Shown here piece after piece: positions 36,684 through 46,616 of a stretch of DNA of 58,840 nucleotides. A program made the translations under genes and the position numbers. The notes beneath the pieces were generated by a model. It saw only the letters and a program-made list of their open reading frames with translations. It was not told where the DNA came from and did not search any database. This stretch comes from a virus (Duplodnaviria > Caudoviricetes). The stretch's first letter is position 1. Every line of letters begins with the position of its first letter. The stretch lies in the IMG/VR virus record IMGVR_UViG_3300050119_000051, positions 1-58,840 of that record. The stretch is one strand, 5' to 3'.

Positions 36684-39600
36684 GTGTCGGGCAAACAAAG
36701 TACTAGCACGTCAGGGGTATCAATCCCACCGGCTGTGCTCGCGCAATATCAATCGGTGAACGCGGCCGCCAATCAAACCGCGCAAACCCCATTCCAACAA
36801 TACAATGGCGAATTTGTCGCCCCTGTCAACGATGAACAGTACGCCGGTGTCGCCGGCACCAACTCTGCCGCGACTGAGGCGCAGCCTTTCTATTCTGCGG
36901 CCACTGCCGGATTAGGCGCTGCGCAGGCCGGGACGGCCCCCTATAACGCGGAAGCTGCGGGCACGCTCGGCGCTTCGCAGGCTGGTACGCAACCATACAA
37001 CGCGATGGCAGCGAATACACTCAGCGGCGCTCAGGGTGCAACGGCACCAGTCAACGCGGCTGCCGAGGCTGGAACCGCCGCGAGCGCCGCGCCGTTGTCT
37101 GGTTCTCAGATCGAACAATATCTGTCGCCATATTTGAGTACGGTTTTGGGTTCTGAGGCTGGCGTCCTCAACCAAAATAATCAGCAGCAGCAGGCCGGTC
37201 AACTAGGGGACGCGATCACATCTGGCGCCTTTGGCGGTGACCGCACTGGAATTGCTGCCGCGAATCTGGAGGAGCAGCAAAATCTAGCGAACTCGAATAT
37301 TTACTCCAACATCCTGAACACCGGCTATCAGTCGGCCCTGAGCACGGCGCAGGGGCAGCAGCAGATCGGCCTCGCCGGTGCGCAGCAACTCGCCAGTATC
37401 GGGCAGACGGCCTATGGCGAAGGCGCGAATACAGCATCAGAGGCCGCGGCGCTCGGCCAGACAGCTTACGGCGAGGGTGCGAATACAGCATCAGAGGCCG
37501 CGGCGCTCGGCCAGACAGCTTACGGCGAGGGTGCCAACACGGCATCAGGATTGGCGGCCTTGGGAACTGGGGCGCAAACCGCTGGGCTCCAAGGCGCGCA
37601 GGCACAGATTGGCGCCGGTACGGTGGAGCAACAGACGCAGCAGGCCGAGGACACCGCGCAATACAATCAGTTTCTACAGCAGCAGTCCTATCCGTTTCAA
37701 GTCGATCAGTTCCTCGCGAATATTGCCGAGGGCACTGGCGCGCTGTCTGGATCGACGACTACCACGACGCAGCCTGGAGGATTCTTCAGCGACCGTCGCC
37801 TGAAGCGTGATATAAAAAAGATCGGCGAGACGTTCGATCACCAAGACGTCGTCACTTACAAGATGGGCGACGACGACCGCACACGCATCGGATTGATCGC
37901 GCAGGACGTTGAGAAGAAGCATCCGGACGCGGTCGGCTTGGCAGCCGGATTTAAGGTGGTAGACTACGGTAAGGCCACGAAAGATGCGGCGAAGCGCGGC
38001 AAGTTCGCTGAAGGGGGTCTTGCTGGCGCGGGCGCTCCTATAATAGATCCTGCAACGCTTCGGGCATCAGATGAGGACATGGGCGCGCATATCAAGGCGA
38101 CCCACCCTATGGGGGCGAGGATGACCGGCGGTGGGACTCGGGTTCACCTAAACGATGGTTCGACTTGGGAGCAGCGCGGGGGTCGTCGTGGCGATTGGCA
38201 TCGCGGGCACTTTGACCGCGGCGGTTACGCGACCGGAGGATTGTCGCCAGGCAGGAGCTCGCCAGCTGGCTCCATTGCCGCTCAAGCTGGTCTGGGCGCC
38301 CCGTCGTCGCCGTCCGGATCGATCGCCGCGCAGGCTGGATTAGGTGCCACGTCGTCGCCCCTCCCAGGATCCATCACCGCACAGCTCGCGCCGACTACGG
38401 GTAGCGCGCCAGCTAGCGCACCAAGCAGTGTGCCATCCCCAGTGCCGATACCAGCAGGGGCGATACCGAGCTCCACTCACGTTCCTGAGACGCCAGGACC
38501 GGCATACACGACGCCCCCAGCCTATGCGATGCCTGGGGCGACGCCGGCATTCGCGTCGCCTGGATCAACCTTTGCGACAACGCCAGGTTTTTGGTCACCG
38601 GATCTCTCTGGTGGATTTGCTCATGGCGGGGATGTTAGGCATCGCGATGCCGCCAATAATGATCATTTCTACGAAGGCGGTGTGGTGCCGTTCAGACGTG
38701 CGCGAGCTGTGGGCGGTACTGACGACGGGCTCGCCGGAGCCTTGCAGGCGCAGCAGGCCATGTACTCTGGGATGCCTGGAGGGGGCGCACAGCGGCAGAT
38801 CAATCAATCGGGCACCGGTGGTGGTAGTCACTCGCTTCCAGTGTCCAATGCGCCAGCCGTGGCTCCGCAGTCGGGTATCAGTCAGGTCAATAGCGGGATC
38901 AATACTGTCAATAACGGCTACAAGCTGTACGGCAACATGACGAAATCGGCGGCTACGCCCTCGGGTGGCGTGGTGCCGGCTCAGGCAGTCGCCCAGCCTA
39001 CGGGACTACAGGCGGCTGGCTTGCAGCCGTCCGGGGCAATCACTGCTGGTGCGCCTGCCGATTCGGCCACCGAAGGCGCACTGGCTACGGCCGCGCCCAT
39101 GGACACGGCTGTCGATGCCGGAGCTACTGCAGCTGGCGAGGGCGCTGCGGCCGATGCAGCAGGAACAGCAGCCACGTCCGCTGCTGCCGGGGCCGCAGGA
39201 ACCGCGGCGGCTGGCGCTGCGACCGACGCTGCTGCGACCGCAGCGGCAGAAGCGGCAGCGGCACTTGCGGCCGAATACGCGGTGGCGGACGTGGGCGCTT
39301 CGGCGATCCTATTGGCCAAGCGGGGCGGCGCGATACGGCGCAAATATGATGCGGGCGGTACGCCCTATCTCGAATCCAGCTTGGACAGTAGTGGCAACCT
39401 AAACATCCCAGAGGACCCTAACACGTCCACGCTGAAAGCCGCCCCAGGCGCCGGTAAGCTGCCGACCGGATTACAGACCATGATGAAGATGGGGAATCCT
39501 ACCGATTGGAGTGACATGGCCGGATCCATGTTTTCTAATCAGGCACTGGCGACTGGCGGCGTCGCTGGGCGGCGCGGCTATGATGATGGCGGGACGCCAA

Positions 39601-41531
39601 CGGCTGACGACACGGTTCAGGTGCCAGACCAAACTGTCGGCGTAGCGGCCTCAGATGCTTCTGCGTCGGCTCCAAGCGATGGCGGCGTAGCTGGCGGGGC
39701 AGTGCCTGCGGCGTCGGCAGAAGATACGCAGAGCGGCCTCGGTGCCATTTGGAACAAGGTCAAGGGCAGCGCACTCGCGAAGCCGGAAAACTGGGTACCA
39801 CTGCTCTCAGCCATCAGTGCGATGGGCACGGCGAAGACGGTGCACCCGGGCGTTGCGTTGGCGGCGGGGCTCGGCGCTGGCGCTCAGGCGTATCAAGGCG
39901 AACAGACGGCGCTCGCTCAGCAGCAAAGAACGCAGGCGGAAACGGGACTGATTGGGGCGCGGGCGACCGGCGCTGGCCTCCAGAATCAGATGACGCAGTT
40001 GGGAATAAACGACATACGTAATCCGCCGCCAACGTCCTTGCCAGATCCGGTGCGGCCAACTGGGATGACACCCAGCGATCCGACCGATCCGCAGGAACTG
40101 GCATTCCAGAAGTTCGCGCCCCTGCCGACCGCGCGCCCAGATTATGTGACTAATCGCATCAATGCGTACAACATGGCGAACAAGCCAGAAGTCGCCAAGA
40201 GCATCGGCGATCAGTATGACCAGCAGATAGCCGGTGCCAATCAAACGCGAACCCTGGGCGCAAGTTCGGCCTATCTCAGCTTTGCCAATGCCGCCAACGC
40301 GCCTTCTGGACAAGCGTTGTCGATGGTGGCAAAGCTCAATCCGCAAAAGGCCGCACAGATACAGCAATCCGGTGCTGATCCAGCAACACAGGATCAGCAG
40401 GCCAGAGACTGGGCCGGGGCAATGGGACTGCAAGCTCATTCGTGGTCTGGCAGACCAACGACGATGCAGAACGGCGTACTGATTGACCAACCTACATCAT
40501 CCCCAGTGGTCGGCTCGAATCAGCTCCTGACCGGGCTCACGCCTGAGGATAAACAGGCAGCGTACACCGAAGCGATGCAACCGATAACGCTCGACAACGG
40601 GCTGCCGGGGCGCAATTACCAGAAGTTTGGCATGACGGCACCAGAGCAGTACATCATGGCGAAGGATAAGGCCGCTAGGATGATCGGCGGGACGCCCAGT
40701 GGCGGCATGGTACCAGCGCAGGGTGGTGCTCCACCAACGACGACTCTGCGAGCCGTACCATCGCCAGCGGCCGGGCCAGCGGCCGCGCCTGCGGCGCGCA
40801 AACTCCCCCGGGCCGCCCCTGCTGCGGTTCCAGCTGCTGCGACTGTTTCCGCACAAACGCCAGCGGTAGATCAGCCGACTGCCGACCCTTATCTCAGTAA
40901 GGCGCTCGCCGACCCAAAGTTCAATTTGCAGCCGCTGCCGAAGGTAGTCGATCAGACTACAAGACAAGCTGCGCTTACACAGCAAGGCATCAACCAGAAT
41001 TCGGCCGCAAAGCTCAAAAATGACGCGGCGGGTATCACTGATTCGGCATCAATGGCACTGCAATACTTGACTTCGGCTAGATCGATCATGAATTCGAAAG
41101 GCGCAACCGTAGGCATGTATGGCGGATTACTGACGCAAGCCAGCCGAGTTCTTGGTGGCGGCCCGCAATCTACAAATTATCAGGAGTTAGCGAAGTACTT
41201 GGGGAATGCAGGAGTGCAAGCCGGGAGAGGAAATTTTCCGAACGCTACTCAGCAAGAGATGGGATTGCAACTCACCGAACTTAGCCCGCATGAAAAGATG
41301 AACGCTGACACGATTAATGATCTGTTGGCGACCAATATTCGTGCTACGAAATACACGCTGGCATCCGCCGATCGAGCACCCCAGTATGTCGCCGCTGGGA
41401 AAGACCCGCAGGCTTTCCAGCAGTGGAATCAGGCGCACTACCCGCGCGAGAAAGTGGTGAACGCATCACAGACGGCGAGCGGGCCAGGTGGCCAAAAGAT
41501 GTACGAAATTAACGGCAAGTGGGTGCAATGA
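36684..41531 (+). CDS. Large DNA ejection/pilot polyprotein with internal peptidase-S74-like domain and ten xxxGG motifs
   Basis: Q/A/G-rich pilot N-terminus (GAFGGDR); FFSDRRLKRDIKKIG...GLIAQDVEK..PDAV...VDY; FAEGG, FDRGG, YATGG, FAHGG, FYEGG, RAVGG, AKRGG, YDAGG, LATGG, YDDGG. Confidence 0.75.
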   Translation: MSGKQSTSTSGVSIPPAVLAQYQSVNAAANQTAQTPFQQYNGEFVAPVNDEQYAGVAGTNSAATEAQPFYSAATAGLGAAQAGTAPYNAEAAGTLGASQAGTQPYNAMAANTLSGAQGATAPVNAAAEAGTAASAAPLSGSQIEQYLSPYLSTVLGSEAGVLNQNNQQQQAGQLGDAITSGAFGGDRTGIAAANLEEQQNLANSNIYSNILNTGYQSALSTAQGQQQIGLAGAQQLASIGQTAYGEGANTASEAAALGQTAYGEGANTASEAAALGQTAYGEGANTASGLAALGTGAQTAGLQGAQAQIGAGTVEQQTQQAEDTAQYNQFLQQQSYPFQVDQFLANIAEGTGALSGSTTTTTQPGGFFSDRRLKRDIKKIGETFDHQDVVTYKMGDDDRTRIGLIAQDVEKKHPDAVGLAAGFKVVDYGKATKDAAKRGKFAEGGLAGAGAPIIDPATLRASDEDMGAHIKATHPMGARMTGGGTRVHLNDGSTWEQRGGRRGDWHRGHFDRGGYATGGLSPGRSSPAGSIAAQAGLGAPSSPSGSIAAQAGLGATSSPLPGSITAQLAPTTGSAPASAPSSVPSPVPIPAGAIPSSTHVPETPGPAYTTPPAYAMPGATPAFASPGSTFATTPGFWSPDLSGGFAHGGDVRHRDAANNDHFYEGGVVPFRRARAVGGTDDGLAGALQAQQAMYSGMPGGGAQRQINQSGTGGGSHSLPVSNAPAVAPQSGISQVNSGINTVNNGYKLYGNMTKSAATPSGGVVPAQAVAQPTGLQAAGLQPSGAITAGAPADSATEGALATAAPMDTAVDAGATAAGEGAAADAAGTAATSAAAGAAGTAAAGAATDAAATAAAEAAAALAAEYAVADVGASAILLAKRGGAIRRKYDAGGTPYLESSLDSSGNLNIPEDPNTSTLKAAPGAGKLPTGLQTMMKMGNPTDWSDMAGSMFSNQALATGGVAGRRGYDDGGTPTADDTVQVPDQTVGVAASDASASAPSDGGVAGGAVPAASAEDTQSGLGAIWNKVKGSALAKPENWVPLLSAISAMGTAKTVHPGVALAAGLGAGAQAYQGEQTALAQQQRTQAETGLIGARATGAGLQNQMTQLGINDIRNPPPTSLPDPVRPTGMTPSDPTDPQELAFQKFAPLPTARPDYVTNRINAYNMANKPEVAKSIGDQYDQQIAGANQTRTLGASSAYLSFANAANAPSGQALSMVAKLNPQKAAQIQQSGADPATQDQQARDWAGAMGLQAHSWSGRPTTMQNGVLIDQPTSSPVVGSNQLLTGLTPEDKQAAYTEAMQPITLDNGLPGRNYQKFGMTAPEQYIMAKDKAARMIGGTPSGGMVPAQGGAPPTTTLRAVPSPAAGPAAAPAARKLPRAAPAAVPAAATVSAQTPAVDQPTADPYLSKALADPKFNLQPLPKVVDQTTRQAALTQQGINQNSAAKLKNDAAGITDSASMALQYLTSARSIMNSKGATVGMYGGLLTQASRVLGGGPQSTNYQELAKYLGNAGVQAGRGNFPNATQQEMGLQLTELSPHEKMNADTINDLLATNIRATKYTLASADRAPQYVAAGKDPQAFQQWNQAHYPREKVVNASQTASGPGGQKMYEINGKWVQ
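36921..37082 (+). repeat. 3 x 54-bp (18-aa) coding repeat, arm 1
   Basis: AQAGTAPYNAEAAGTLGA / SQAGTQPYNAMAANTLSG / AQGATAPVNAAAEAGTAA. Confidence 0.75.
37401..37562 (+). repeat. 3 x 54-bp (18-aa) coding repeat, arm 2
   Basis: GQTAYGEGANTASEAAAL x2 + GQTAYGEGANTASGLAAL. Confidence 0.9.
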
Positions 41532-43915
41532 GCGACGGCTCTCTACCTGCTGGGTTTACGGTTGATTCTGCTGACGATGATTCGCCGGGCTCCGACACGC
41601 TGCCCAAGGGTTTCAAAATAGACCCAGGAAGCGACGACGATGCGCCGATGATACGCAGTGCGCCGCAAATGCCTACCAATGCGCAGTTGACGGACCCGAA
41701 CGCCTCGAACGAGGACATCGGAGCGATGGCGCGCCAGACTGGCGACGCACTTGCCGCCGGAAATGGCCCCGCAGAAACTGGTCCCGGTATTGTCGATGCC
41801 GCTGACACCGCGGTCGCGCTCGGCTCTGGTGCCCTTGTCGGTGGTGTCGGTGGTGGCGTAGCCGGGCTCGCGGCGCGCATCAAGGCATCGTTCACTGGCG
41901 ATAAGACTCCGGATGAAGCCGCCGCTGACGCCCATAAATGGGTAGATCAGTACGTGTACAAACCGCAAACCGAAGGCGGTAAAGCGGCCGTCAACGCTGT
42001 CGGTAACGCGATAAATTACGTCACCGCACCGTACAAGGCCGAAGAACAATCTGCGGAGACGGCGCTTGGGCCAACTGCTGGCGGACTCCTACATACCGTT
42101 GTAGGCACCGCAGGCGATGTGCTGAATGCAACGCCAGCTATTGGCGCTGCGAGCAGCGCGTTTGACCTAGCCAAGAGTGGGATCGCTGGAGAGGCGTCGA
42201 GCTTAAAAGTTCCGGGCGACTCCAGCATGCCTGCATCGGGTACGCCTCAGAGCGCCGAAAGCGTACTTGCGAATGCGGCCGCGCAGTCCAAAGGAAATAT
42301 GGGAGCCGCGGTAGCCGCTCCTTCACTGGAAGGCGTCTCGCCTGGATTGAAGCAGGCGATTGCCAGTGCGACGAATCCGAATATGGAAGCAGCGACTCGA
42401 CAGATCAACGCCGATACGCTGCCGATGCCTGATGGCATGAGCCCGGCGCCGCTGCGTAAGGGACAGGCGATGCGCGATGATCAACAGATTTCGGACGAAA
42501 AGAACATGCGGGCTGACCCGGACACGCAGGGATTACTAGCGAAATCAATCACCGATCAGAACGACACGATGGGCGCAAGTATGGGCGAGATCCGCCAACG
42601 GGCGACGCCCGATATAGTTCAGCGCTCCACGGCCGAACAGGGCCAAGCGAATGTCGATGCGATCAAGACACAGGATAACGCTGCGGTGACTGGCACTAGG
42701 CAGAAATACAAGGCGCTCTCCAATGCCGCCGGCGGCGTAATGCCGATCGATACAGGCGCGACTATTGCCGGTATCAAAAGCGCCTTGTCTGAAAAACTTC
42801 TCGTGCGCACGGCAGCGAATGATCCGGCCATCTCTGAGGTCATGGATAGTTTATCGTCCGGACAGCCAATGCCGTTTGAATCATTTCATAACGCACTCAG
42901 TAATCTTGCAGAAGTGCAGCGCAATAAAGGATCGCCAGCGGCCGCTGCAACCGTCGTACGAAATGCATTGGAAAGCATGCCTCTGACGCCTGAGTTCGCC
43001 AATCTGAAGGGATTGAGAGACGTGGCATCGTCTGCGGCGAAGGCGCGGTTCGACACCATCGAACAGAACCCAGCTTATGACGCGGCGGTCAACGACAACG
43101 TACCGAAAACCCAGAACGGTCTGCACGTGATCGGTGTGCCGTCCCCACTTGCTGACACGTTCATGGAGCGCTATTACCTAGGAAACGGTCCCAGTGCGTC
43201 TCGCGCCTATGTGAGTCGCATCCAGAGCATCATGCAGGATAACCCGGATTTTTCTCAGTCCATCGAAGCGTCTGCGCTCAACAAATTACGCGATGCCGCG
43301 AAACTCGATCAGTACGATAGCGGTAATTTCGCGAGCGCCAGTTTTCGCAATGCGCACAATGCGCTGGCGCCGAAAGCTGATGTTCTGGTGAGTCCTCAGA
43401 CCGCAGATAATTTGCGTCGGCTCAGACAGTATTCCGACGATGTGAGCTATGAAGGCAAAGCCTCCTCGGTGAATCGTCCGAACACAGCGCTGACGCTGCA
43501 GCGCCACGGGGCAATGTATCCGCCCCCAGATACCATGGGTGCCCAGTTGGCAGATATGGGAACGGACCTTGTCGCAGCTCATGCCGGAGCTGTCGGTTAC
43601 GCGGCCAAGAAGATCGGTTCGGCATGGTGGAAAGGCAAGCAGGCCGAAAAATTTACTCAGTCGATTAAAGACGCGAAGTTTAAATTCGCTCAGGACGCCA
43701 CTGCGCCCGGCGCCGGCATTGATACGCCAGCAGCTCCGATCACGGCCCGCGCCGCTGGCGGACGCGTGGATCACAAGGCGCTGGCCGATCAGTTATTCAC
43801 GCGCTGGAAACAGGCGCAAAAAGAATCGGATAAAAACACGGAGCCATTGTTAAAGTTTCCGGACGCGACGATTATAAAAGCGCTTCGCATAGCCCAGGCG
43901 CAGCCACTGACATGA
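41528..43915 (+). CDS. Internal virion / ejection protein
   Basis: LPAGFTVD/LPKGFKID N-terminal repeats; YKPQTEGGK; C-terminal module after RAAGGRV. Confidence 0.7.
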   Translation: MSDGSLPAGFTVDSADDDSPGSDTLPKGFKIDPGSDDDAPMIRSAPQMPTNAQLTDPNASNEDIGAMARQTGDALAAGNGPAETGPGIVDAADTAVALGSGALVGGVGGGVAGLAARIKASFTGDKTPDEAAADAHKWVDQYVYKPQTEGGKAAVNAVGNAINYVTAPYKAEEQSAETALGPTAGGLLHTVVGTAGDVLNATPAIGAASSAFDLAKSGIAGEASSLKVPGDSSMPASGTPQSAESVLANAAAQSKGNMGAAVAAPSLEGVSPGLKQAIASATNPNMEAATRQINADTLPMPDGMSPAPLRKGQAMRDDQQISDEKNMRADPDTQGLLAKSITDQNDTMGASMGEIRQRATPDIVQRSTAEQGQANVDAIKTQDNAAVTGTRQKYKALSNAAGGVMPIDTGATIAGIKSALSEKLLVRTAANDPAISEVMDSLSSGQPMPFESFHNALSNLAEVQRNKGSPAAAATVVRNALESMPLTPEFANLKGLRDVASSAAKARFDTIEQNPAYDAAVNDNVPKTQNGLHVIGVPSPLADTFMERYYLGNGPSASRAYVSRIQSIMQDNPDFSQSIEASALNKLRDAAKLDQYDSGNFASASFRNAHNALAPKADVLVSPQTADNLRRLRQYSDDVSYEGKASSVNRPNTALTLQRHGAMYPPPDTMGAQLADMGTDLVAAHAGAVGYAAKKIGSAWWKGKQAEKFTQSIKDAKFKFAQDATAPGAGIDTPAAPITARAAGGRVDHKALADQLFTRWKQAQKESDKNTEPLLKFPDATIIKALRIAQAQPLT

Positions 43916-44370
43916 ACGGCTGCTGCATCGCCAACTATAATTTTTGCGTCGATCAAAACGCGACTCTGACGCGCGTGTTCACATGGATTACACAGCAGTG
44001 CTGCAATGCCGTCGGCTCGCAGCCCGCGCCAGTGGATTTGACCGGCTACACGGCCGCCATGCAGATCAGGCCCTATCCGCTGTCGAATACCGTGCTGTAT
44101 GACGCCAGCGCTGATATCACACTCGGCGGCGTAGCGGGTACGATTACGCTGGTGATACCGGCTACTGCTACGGCAGTCTTTACGTGGTGGACCGGCGTGT
44201 ATGATTTGCTGCTGACCGACCCGTCAGGTGTGGTGACGCGATTATTGAGCGGATCGGTCAGCGTTTGTCCGGGAGTGACGGCGCCAGTAGGACCGCCAGG
44301 ACAGTACGTGTTGCTACCGGGAGGGCAGGCGACCTTAGCGCCCAGCGGACAGGGGATTTTGACGCCGTGA
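43912..44370 (+). CDS. Structural protein (Ig-like, fibre-associated)
   Basis: DQNAT...PVDLTGYTAAMQIR...GVYDLLL...VVTRLLSG.V.V.PGVT. Confidence 0.7.
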   Translation: MNGCCIANYNFCVDQNATLTRVFTWITQQCCNAVGSQPAPVDLTGYTAAMQIRPYPLSNTVLYDASADITLGGVAGTITLVIPATATAVFTWWTGVYDLLLTDPSGVVTRLLSGSVSVCPGVTAPVGPPGQYVLLPGGQATLAPSGQGILTP

Positions 44371-44407
44371 GTGGACGCGCATTCCTATTAATTGTCGAGA
44401 GTAAGCG

Positions 44408-44680
44408 ATGAACGTCCCTGACATTACGGCTGCCTTCATATCTGCACAGCCCGGATACGTTCGATGCGCTGATGCTCACCTTCGCGGAGCTCGTGAACGT
44501 CAAGCGCAACTCCACCTCGGTGGCGATCGAGGGCGGATTGCCTGCATTTACCTGATCCAGGGTCTTGAAATATCGGTGACCTGTGGGACGCTTCTTGTCG
44601 CCATGAGCGACGCCTGGAAAATCGACCCGAACGCCGCCCCGTACCTGCCTGCAGGTGCGGTGGTGGCTGGGCGTTCTTAG
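44408..44680 (+). CDS. Hypothetical protein, possibly degraded
   Basis: ORF fills the gap; the middle reads poorly. Confidence 0.3.
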   Translation: MNVPDITAAFISAQPGYVRCADAHLRGARERQAQLHLGGDRGRIACIYLIQGLEISVTCGTLLVAMSDAWKIDPNAAPYLPAGAVVAGRS

Positions 44681-44692
44681 ATAGGAACCGCC

Positions 44693-45367
44693 ATGCCCGC
44701 ACCCAAAGATGCCCATGGCGAGGGGGAGAACGGAAGGATGCCGCGCGAGTCGCGTCCAATACCAGACCCTACTTCGCTCACGACGCAGCAACTGATACGC
44801 GAAACATCAGCGCTCAAGGAGCTTATGTCCACCCGCCTTGAGGGCATGGACCGCGCGATAGTTTTATTCAATGAAAACATTACACGGGTGTCGACCGACG
44901 CTGACACGAAAATTACGTGTCTGCGCGAATTCATCCTTGAGAAATTTGAGACGACGGCGCAGAAGTTCGAGTCTATCCAGACGCAGTTCAAGGAGCGGGA
45001 CATCCGGGTGGAGCAGACCGCAAAGGCTTCCAAAGAGGCGCTCGATGCAGCATTGCAGGCAGCGAAAGAGGCGGTAGGAAAGCAAAACGATTCCTTTGCT
45101 CAGTCGATCAACAAAGTCGAGGCTGCTTTCACCAAGCAAATGGATCAGTTTGGAGTTTTGCTAACCAGTACGGTATCTGCGCTCAACGACAAGATCGATG
45201 AAACAAAGGGACGCTTGGGGCTCATCGAAGGCGTGGATCGTGGAAAGACTCATGCCGTGGTAACCCAGCAAACCGCGGGCATGAACAGCGTCAGCATGAT
45301 GGCTCTGGTGATAGGAATTCTGTCTTTGCTGGCCGGCATTGTCGTGGGCGCATTGAGGATTCATTAG
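44693..45367 (+). CDS. Coiled-coil protein with C-terminal TM (lysis region)
   Basis: RPIPDPTSLTTQQL; heptad-rich; C-terminal MMALVIGILSLLAGIVVGAL. Confidence 0.7.
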   Translation: MPAPKDAHGEGENGRMPRESRPIPDPTSLTTQQLIRETSALKELMSTRLEGMDRAIVLFNENITRVSTDADTKITCLREFILEKFETTAQKFESIQTQFKERDIRVEQTAKASKEALDAALQAAKEAVGKQNDSFAQSINKVEAAFTKQMDQFGVLLTSTVSALNDKIDETKGRLGLIEGVDRGKTHAVVTQQTAGMNSVSMMALVIGILSLLAGIVVGALRIH

Positions 45368-45368
45368 A

Positions 45369-45647
45369 GTGAGCAACTGGAAACAAGGCGGGGAGATCTA
45401 TCTGCCGGCGCTGGCCGCCGCAGAGGACAGCTTTGCGATCCCGATCGATTTGCTCGCGCGCATCGCGTTCCAGGAGTCCAGCTGGCTTGCCTCAGTGGTC
45501 AACGGCACCAGGCTCTCGAGCGCTGGATGCGTAGGGCTTATGCAGCTCAACCCGAAGTTCTTTCCTGGCGCCGGCGCGAATTGGCAGAACGATATTGTGA
45601 CAGCCGGCCGCGAGCTTGCGCGCCTGCACCTGCCTGTGCCTCTTTAG
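45369..45647 (+). pseudogene. Truncated SLT-family lytic transglycosylase
   Basis: IAFQESS catalytic Glu and SSAGCVGLMQL present; the frame ends five codons after LARLH without the AYNxG motif. Confidence 0.75.
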
Positions 45648-45964
45648 TCACTGCTGTCGCCACGCCTTTTATGGCGCTTTTTATGTACTGCATGGGCCGC
45701 GATGTGAAGAAAGGCAACGCTGAAGGCATCAAGCGAGACGCTGTCATTGCAGCAGTCAAAGGCTCCGTTGATGAAGTCAAGGATCATACCGATGGCGTGA
45801 ATGCGCAAATGATTAAGATGGCAAAGGCTGCTGGCGAGAAAGAAGGGCATGTGCGCGCGACTGCGGCAGGTGAGGCGACTGCCGCTACCCTCGCCGAAGG
45901 CCAGGCACAAGGGCGTGCCCAGGCGCACGAGCAGGATAACAAGACCGATGCGGACAACAAATGA
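45630..45964 (+). pseudogene. 5'-truncated membrane (holin-like) gene fused out of frame to the SLT remnant
   Basis: ACASLVTAVATPFMALFMY...VDEVKDHTDG; no plausible start; its stop overlaps the next ATG. Confidence 0.55.
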
Positions 45965-46461
45965 CCTTTCGCAGCGCCGAATATCGACGTGATGTGTTAC
46001 GAGGCGTGTATCCGATGGGTGAGGCAACGCCTATGACCCTCACCATGACCACGCTCGGCAGCGATCAGTCCACTACTGGCACGCTCGTTGCTGGCGCGCA
46101 ATCGTTCTACACGATCGAACCGCCGTGGCTCGACAACGCACCGTTTACGTCATGCGTGCCTGGCGGCACATACGACCTAATCCCCTATGACTCGCCCGTG
46201 CATGGCCCGACGTGGTGCCTGCACAATCCAGACTTGAACGTCTGGGGGATGCCTGATCCGCCGGCCGGCATGCGAACGCGCGTGGAGATCCACAGCGGCA
46301 ATGTGGTCGAGGATTCTGAAGCGTGCATCTTGCTCGGGCTGACGGCTGGCGAACTGTCTGGTGAGACAGCGGTGCTGCAATCGGTCGCGGCAATCACTGA
46401 TCTGCGCGCCATTTTGACGCCGATGTCCAGCGGGAACATACTACAAATCAAGAGGCTATAG
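45961..46461 (+). CDS. DUF5675-like putative endolysin
   Basis: STTGTL...YTIEPPW.DN...SCVPGGTY...RTRVEIHSGN...DSEACILLG; start may be 46014 or 46032. Confidence 0.7.
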   Translation: MTFRSAEYRRDVLRGVYPMGEATPMTLTMTTLGSDQSTTGTLVAGAQSFYTIEPPWLDNAPFTSCVPGGTYDLIPYDSPVHGPTWCLHNPDLNVWGMPDPPAGMRTRVEIHSGNVVEDSEACILLGLTAGELSGETAVLQSVAAITDLRAILTPMSSGNILQIKRL

Positions 46462-46463
46462 CT

Positions 46464-46616
46464 ATGTGGATTCTCATTGTCATCTTGCTCGTGCTATGCC
46501 TGGGCGGCCTGCCGCACTGGGGCTACAGTTCTAACTGGGGCTATGGCCCTAGCGGTGCGCTGGGCACGATACTGGTTATTCTGCTCGTGGTTTACCTTTG
46601 TGGAGGATTCCGATGA
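46464..46616 (+). CDS. DUF3309-like small membrane protein (not in ORF track)
   Basis: MWILIVILLVLCLGGLPHWGYSSNWGYGPSGALGTILVILLVVYLCGGFR*. Confidence 0.8.
   Translation: MWILIVILLVLCLGGLPHWGYSSNWGYGPSGALGTILVILLVVYLCGGFR

Noticed and set aside
37401-37562. 54-bp repeats as a CRISPR-like array
   Set aside because: Contiguous, in-frame coding repeats without unique spacers; no cas genes.
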